DNA of 63,469 nucleotides, the filler included. It is 15 parts of 15 records of this genome, joined end to end, with 100 filler letters (N's around TTAATTAATTAA, not from the genome) between each part and the next. Parts side by side here need not be neighbours in the genome. Positions count along the whole stretch, not along the records: positions 61,267 to 63,469 come from SRR36015646_20063; 14 more parts are not named here. One strand, written 5' to 3'. Shown here in pieces: positions 61,940 to 63,469 of the stretch; the stretch's first letter is position 1, and each line of letters opens with the position of its first letter. The position numbers and the translations under genes are program-made. A model generated the notes under the pieces. The model did not search any database. It was not told where the DNA came from and saw only the letters and a list, made by a program, of their open reading frames with translations.

Positions 61940-62959
61940 TTACTTGTCCAACACCACAGGATCTGTGTCCGGCGGTTTCGGCGGCTGCAGAACTAGTTTG
62001 CCATTTTTTATTTTCCAGTTTGGGTCCTGAACCCGTTTTTCCCTTAGTTTTTTTCGGAGCTTGTGTTCATCATCACGCTGGAGAACCGTCAAGTCAGGAT
62101 TGATATAAACATCTGCTTTGTCGAAAGACAAGTGATCACATTTCTTAATGGATGGAGCTTTTTTTAGAATATTTCTCTTTGCCTGTTCATTCGGAAGAAT
62201 AATTTTAATCGGACGAGTTCGATGTTCATCATCTGGTATTTTACCGAGCCTCATTATCTTAACTGGTTTGTCGTCAACATCAGCTTCAATAGCTTCAAAC
62301 AGTTCATTTACCATCTGCTCATCAGTAACATCCTGTTTTTCTGGAATTCCGCGGACAATGATATTGGCTTTCCTTGCTTCAATTTCAATAGGCTCTTTGC
62401 GTACTAGGTCGAGTTTGTCGTCGATGGATTTAAAGTCTTTACAAACACCAATAAAGTCTGTTTGTAGTTTGTCAAAATCGCTACTTAGATTATCCACTAT
62501 GGCTTTGTCAGCTTTATTTAGAAGTTCACTTTCAATATTTGATACTCGTTCGATTATTCCTGAGCAGTAGGTTTCAATTTTTTGCTGGATGTCGACGTCT
62601 GTTAGTACTGCATTTAAAGCAGGCTTTTCGCAGTCCGAGCAAAACCAGTGAGCATCATCCCTCTCAACCATGACTTGGTACACTGATTCTGGCATATTAA
62701 TACATTTGATACAAAAGAATTTTGAACATCGTTCACATTGCATTACTTTATCATTTGGCTGATCAAAGGTCTTTGTGCATATATTGCAAACCCAATGAAG
62801 CGCATCATCATCATGCTGTGTACCGTCAGCCTCGTCAGGGCTTTTTACCGATGTAGATTTTTTACGACCACTAGTAGAGTTACTTCTGCTTTGTTTGTTT
62901 TTATCGGCATTGTTTGCAGATTTTACTTTTTGCACGTTTTGAGGATTAGGTAGAACCAT
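61940..62959 (-). CDS. CR1-like LINE ORF1p (PHD finger, coiled coil, RRM/CTD-like region)
   Basis: CNIC...QCERC..FFCIKC...WFCSDC; NIIVRGIPE, RLGK, RPIKI, YINPDLT. Confidence 0.88.
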   Translation of the reverse strand: MVLPNPQNVQKVKSANNADKNKQSRSNSTSGRKKSTSVKSPDEADGTQHDDDALHWVCNICTKTFDQPNDKVMQCERCSKFFCIKCINMPESVYQVMVERDDAHWFCSDCEKPALNAVLTDVDIQQKIETYCSGIIERVSNIESELLNKADKAIVDNLSSDFDKLQTDFIGVCKDFKSIDDKLDLVRKEPIEIEARKANIIVRGIPEKQDVTDEQMVNELFEAIEADVDDKPVKIMRLGKIPDDEHRTRPIKIILPNEQAKRNILKKAPSIKKCDHLSFDKADVYINPDLTVLQRDDEHKLRKKLREKRVQDPNWKIKNGKLVLQPPKPPDTDPVVLDK

Positions 62960-63277
62960 TTTAGCTTTTTACCCTACGGTATGTAGGACACAAAATAGAG
63001 TACAACACGGATAACCAAATATGCTTGTAAGTCTGCGAGTTGTAACACAATGGCCACTTCAGTGACCTAACACTGCTACACAGTCATGACATGCATGACA
63101 GTACATGCAATAACACACTTTACTTATCATCCAACATGTCCAAACAGATGCAGATAACGGTAAGAGAAATGTCAGTGACAACTGCGGCTGCTACACAACA
63201 CGTATTATTAAAGTTTCTAAAGATGTAGTGTCAAAAACTTAAGAGTTTGAAGAAGCCACGTGATGTACGTTGCAGGT

Positions 63278-63287
63278 CCGCCATTTT
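63278..63287 (-). promoter_or_regulatory. YY1-type motif, candidate 5' end or internal promoter of the CR1-like LINE
   Basis: CCGCCATTTT (AAAATGGCGG on the element strand) about 320 nt upstream of ORF1. Confidence 0.45.
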
Positions 63288-63469
63288 GAATCTGACCATG
63301 AAGATGACGACGACGACCAGCTACCCATGCTACCCGACTTGAAGACGATTGTGGAGTTAAGTATCATACTTAAAAACACGTAGAATAGAAAGTTCGATCA
63401 GTAGATGCGATGGCTAACAGTTAAAACCAAGTATTTTGTAGTTTATGAATAAGAACATAGTCATTTTCT

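Overview
This window is not one locus. It is 15 unrelated contigs joined by 14 identical 100-nt artificial spacers (N44-TTAATTAATTAA-N44), and all recognisable content is animal. One contig (17123-29344) is about 12.2 kb of an invertebrate mitochondrial genome. It uses translation table 5, has all genes on the minus strand, and carries 10 protein genes (including an atp8 missing from the ORF track), both rRNAs and 21 tRNAs that I folded by eye; cob, nad3, nad6 and trnI are not seen. Twelve contigs are transposable-element fragments: 2 Tx1/L1-group LINEs, 2 related RTEX-like LINEs with esterase ORF1, 1 CR1-like LINE with PHD ORF1, 3 BEL/Pao, 1 Ty3/Gypsy, and hAT-like, EnSpm/CACTA-like and Sola-like DNA transposases. 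Two contigs are long intron-free host ORFs (polycystin-1-like and Patched-domain). The mix looks like the high-copy fraction of an invertebrate host. The best leads are unusual accessory modules in the elements: (i) a C2H2 zinc-finger ORF in the env position of a BEL/Pao element, with a splice acceptor just upstream; (ii) an RNase HIII-type TBP-like motif at the N-terminus of two LINE ORF1 esterases; (iii) a Spin/Ssty Tudor-like domain on a hAT-like transposase; (iv) a degenerate TARG1-like macrodomain after Gypsy RNase H. Domain calls are by-eye motif matches, not database results, and RNA gene ends are approximate.
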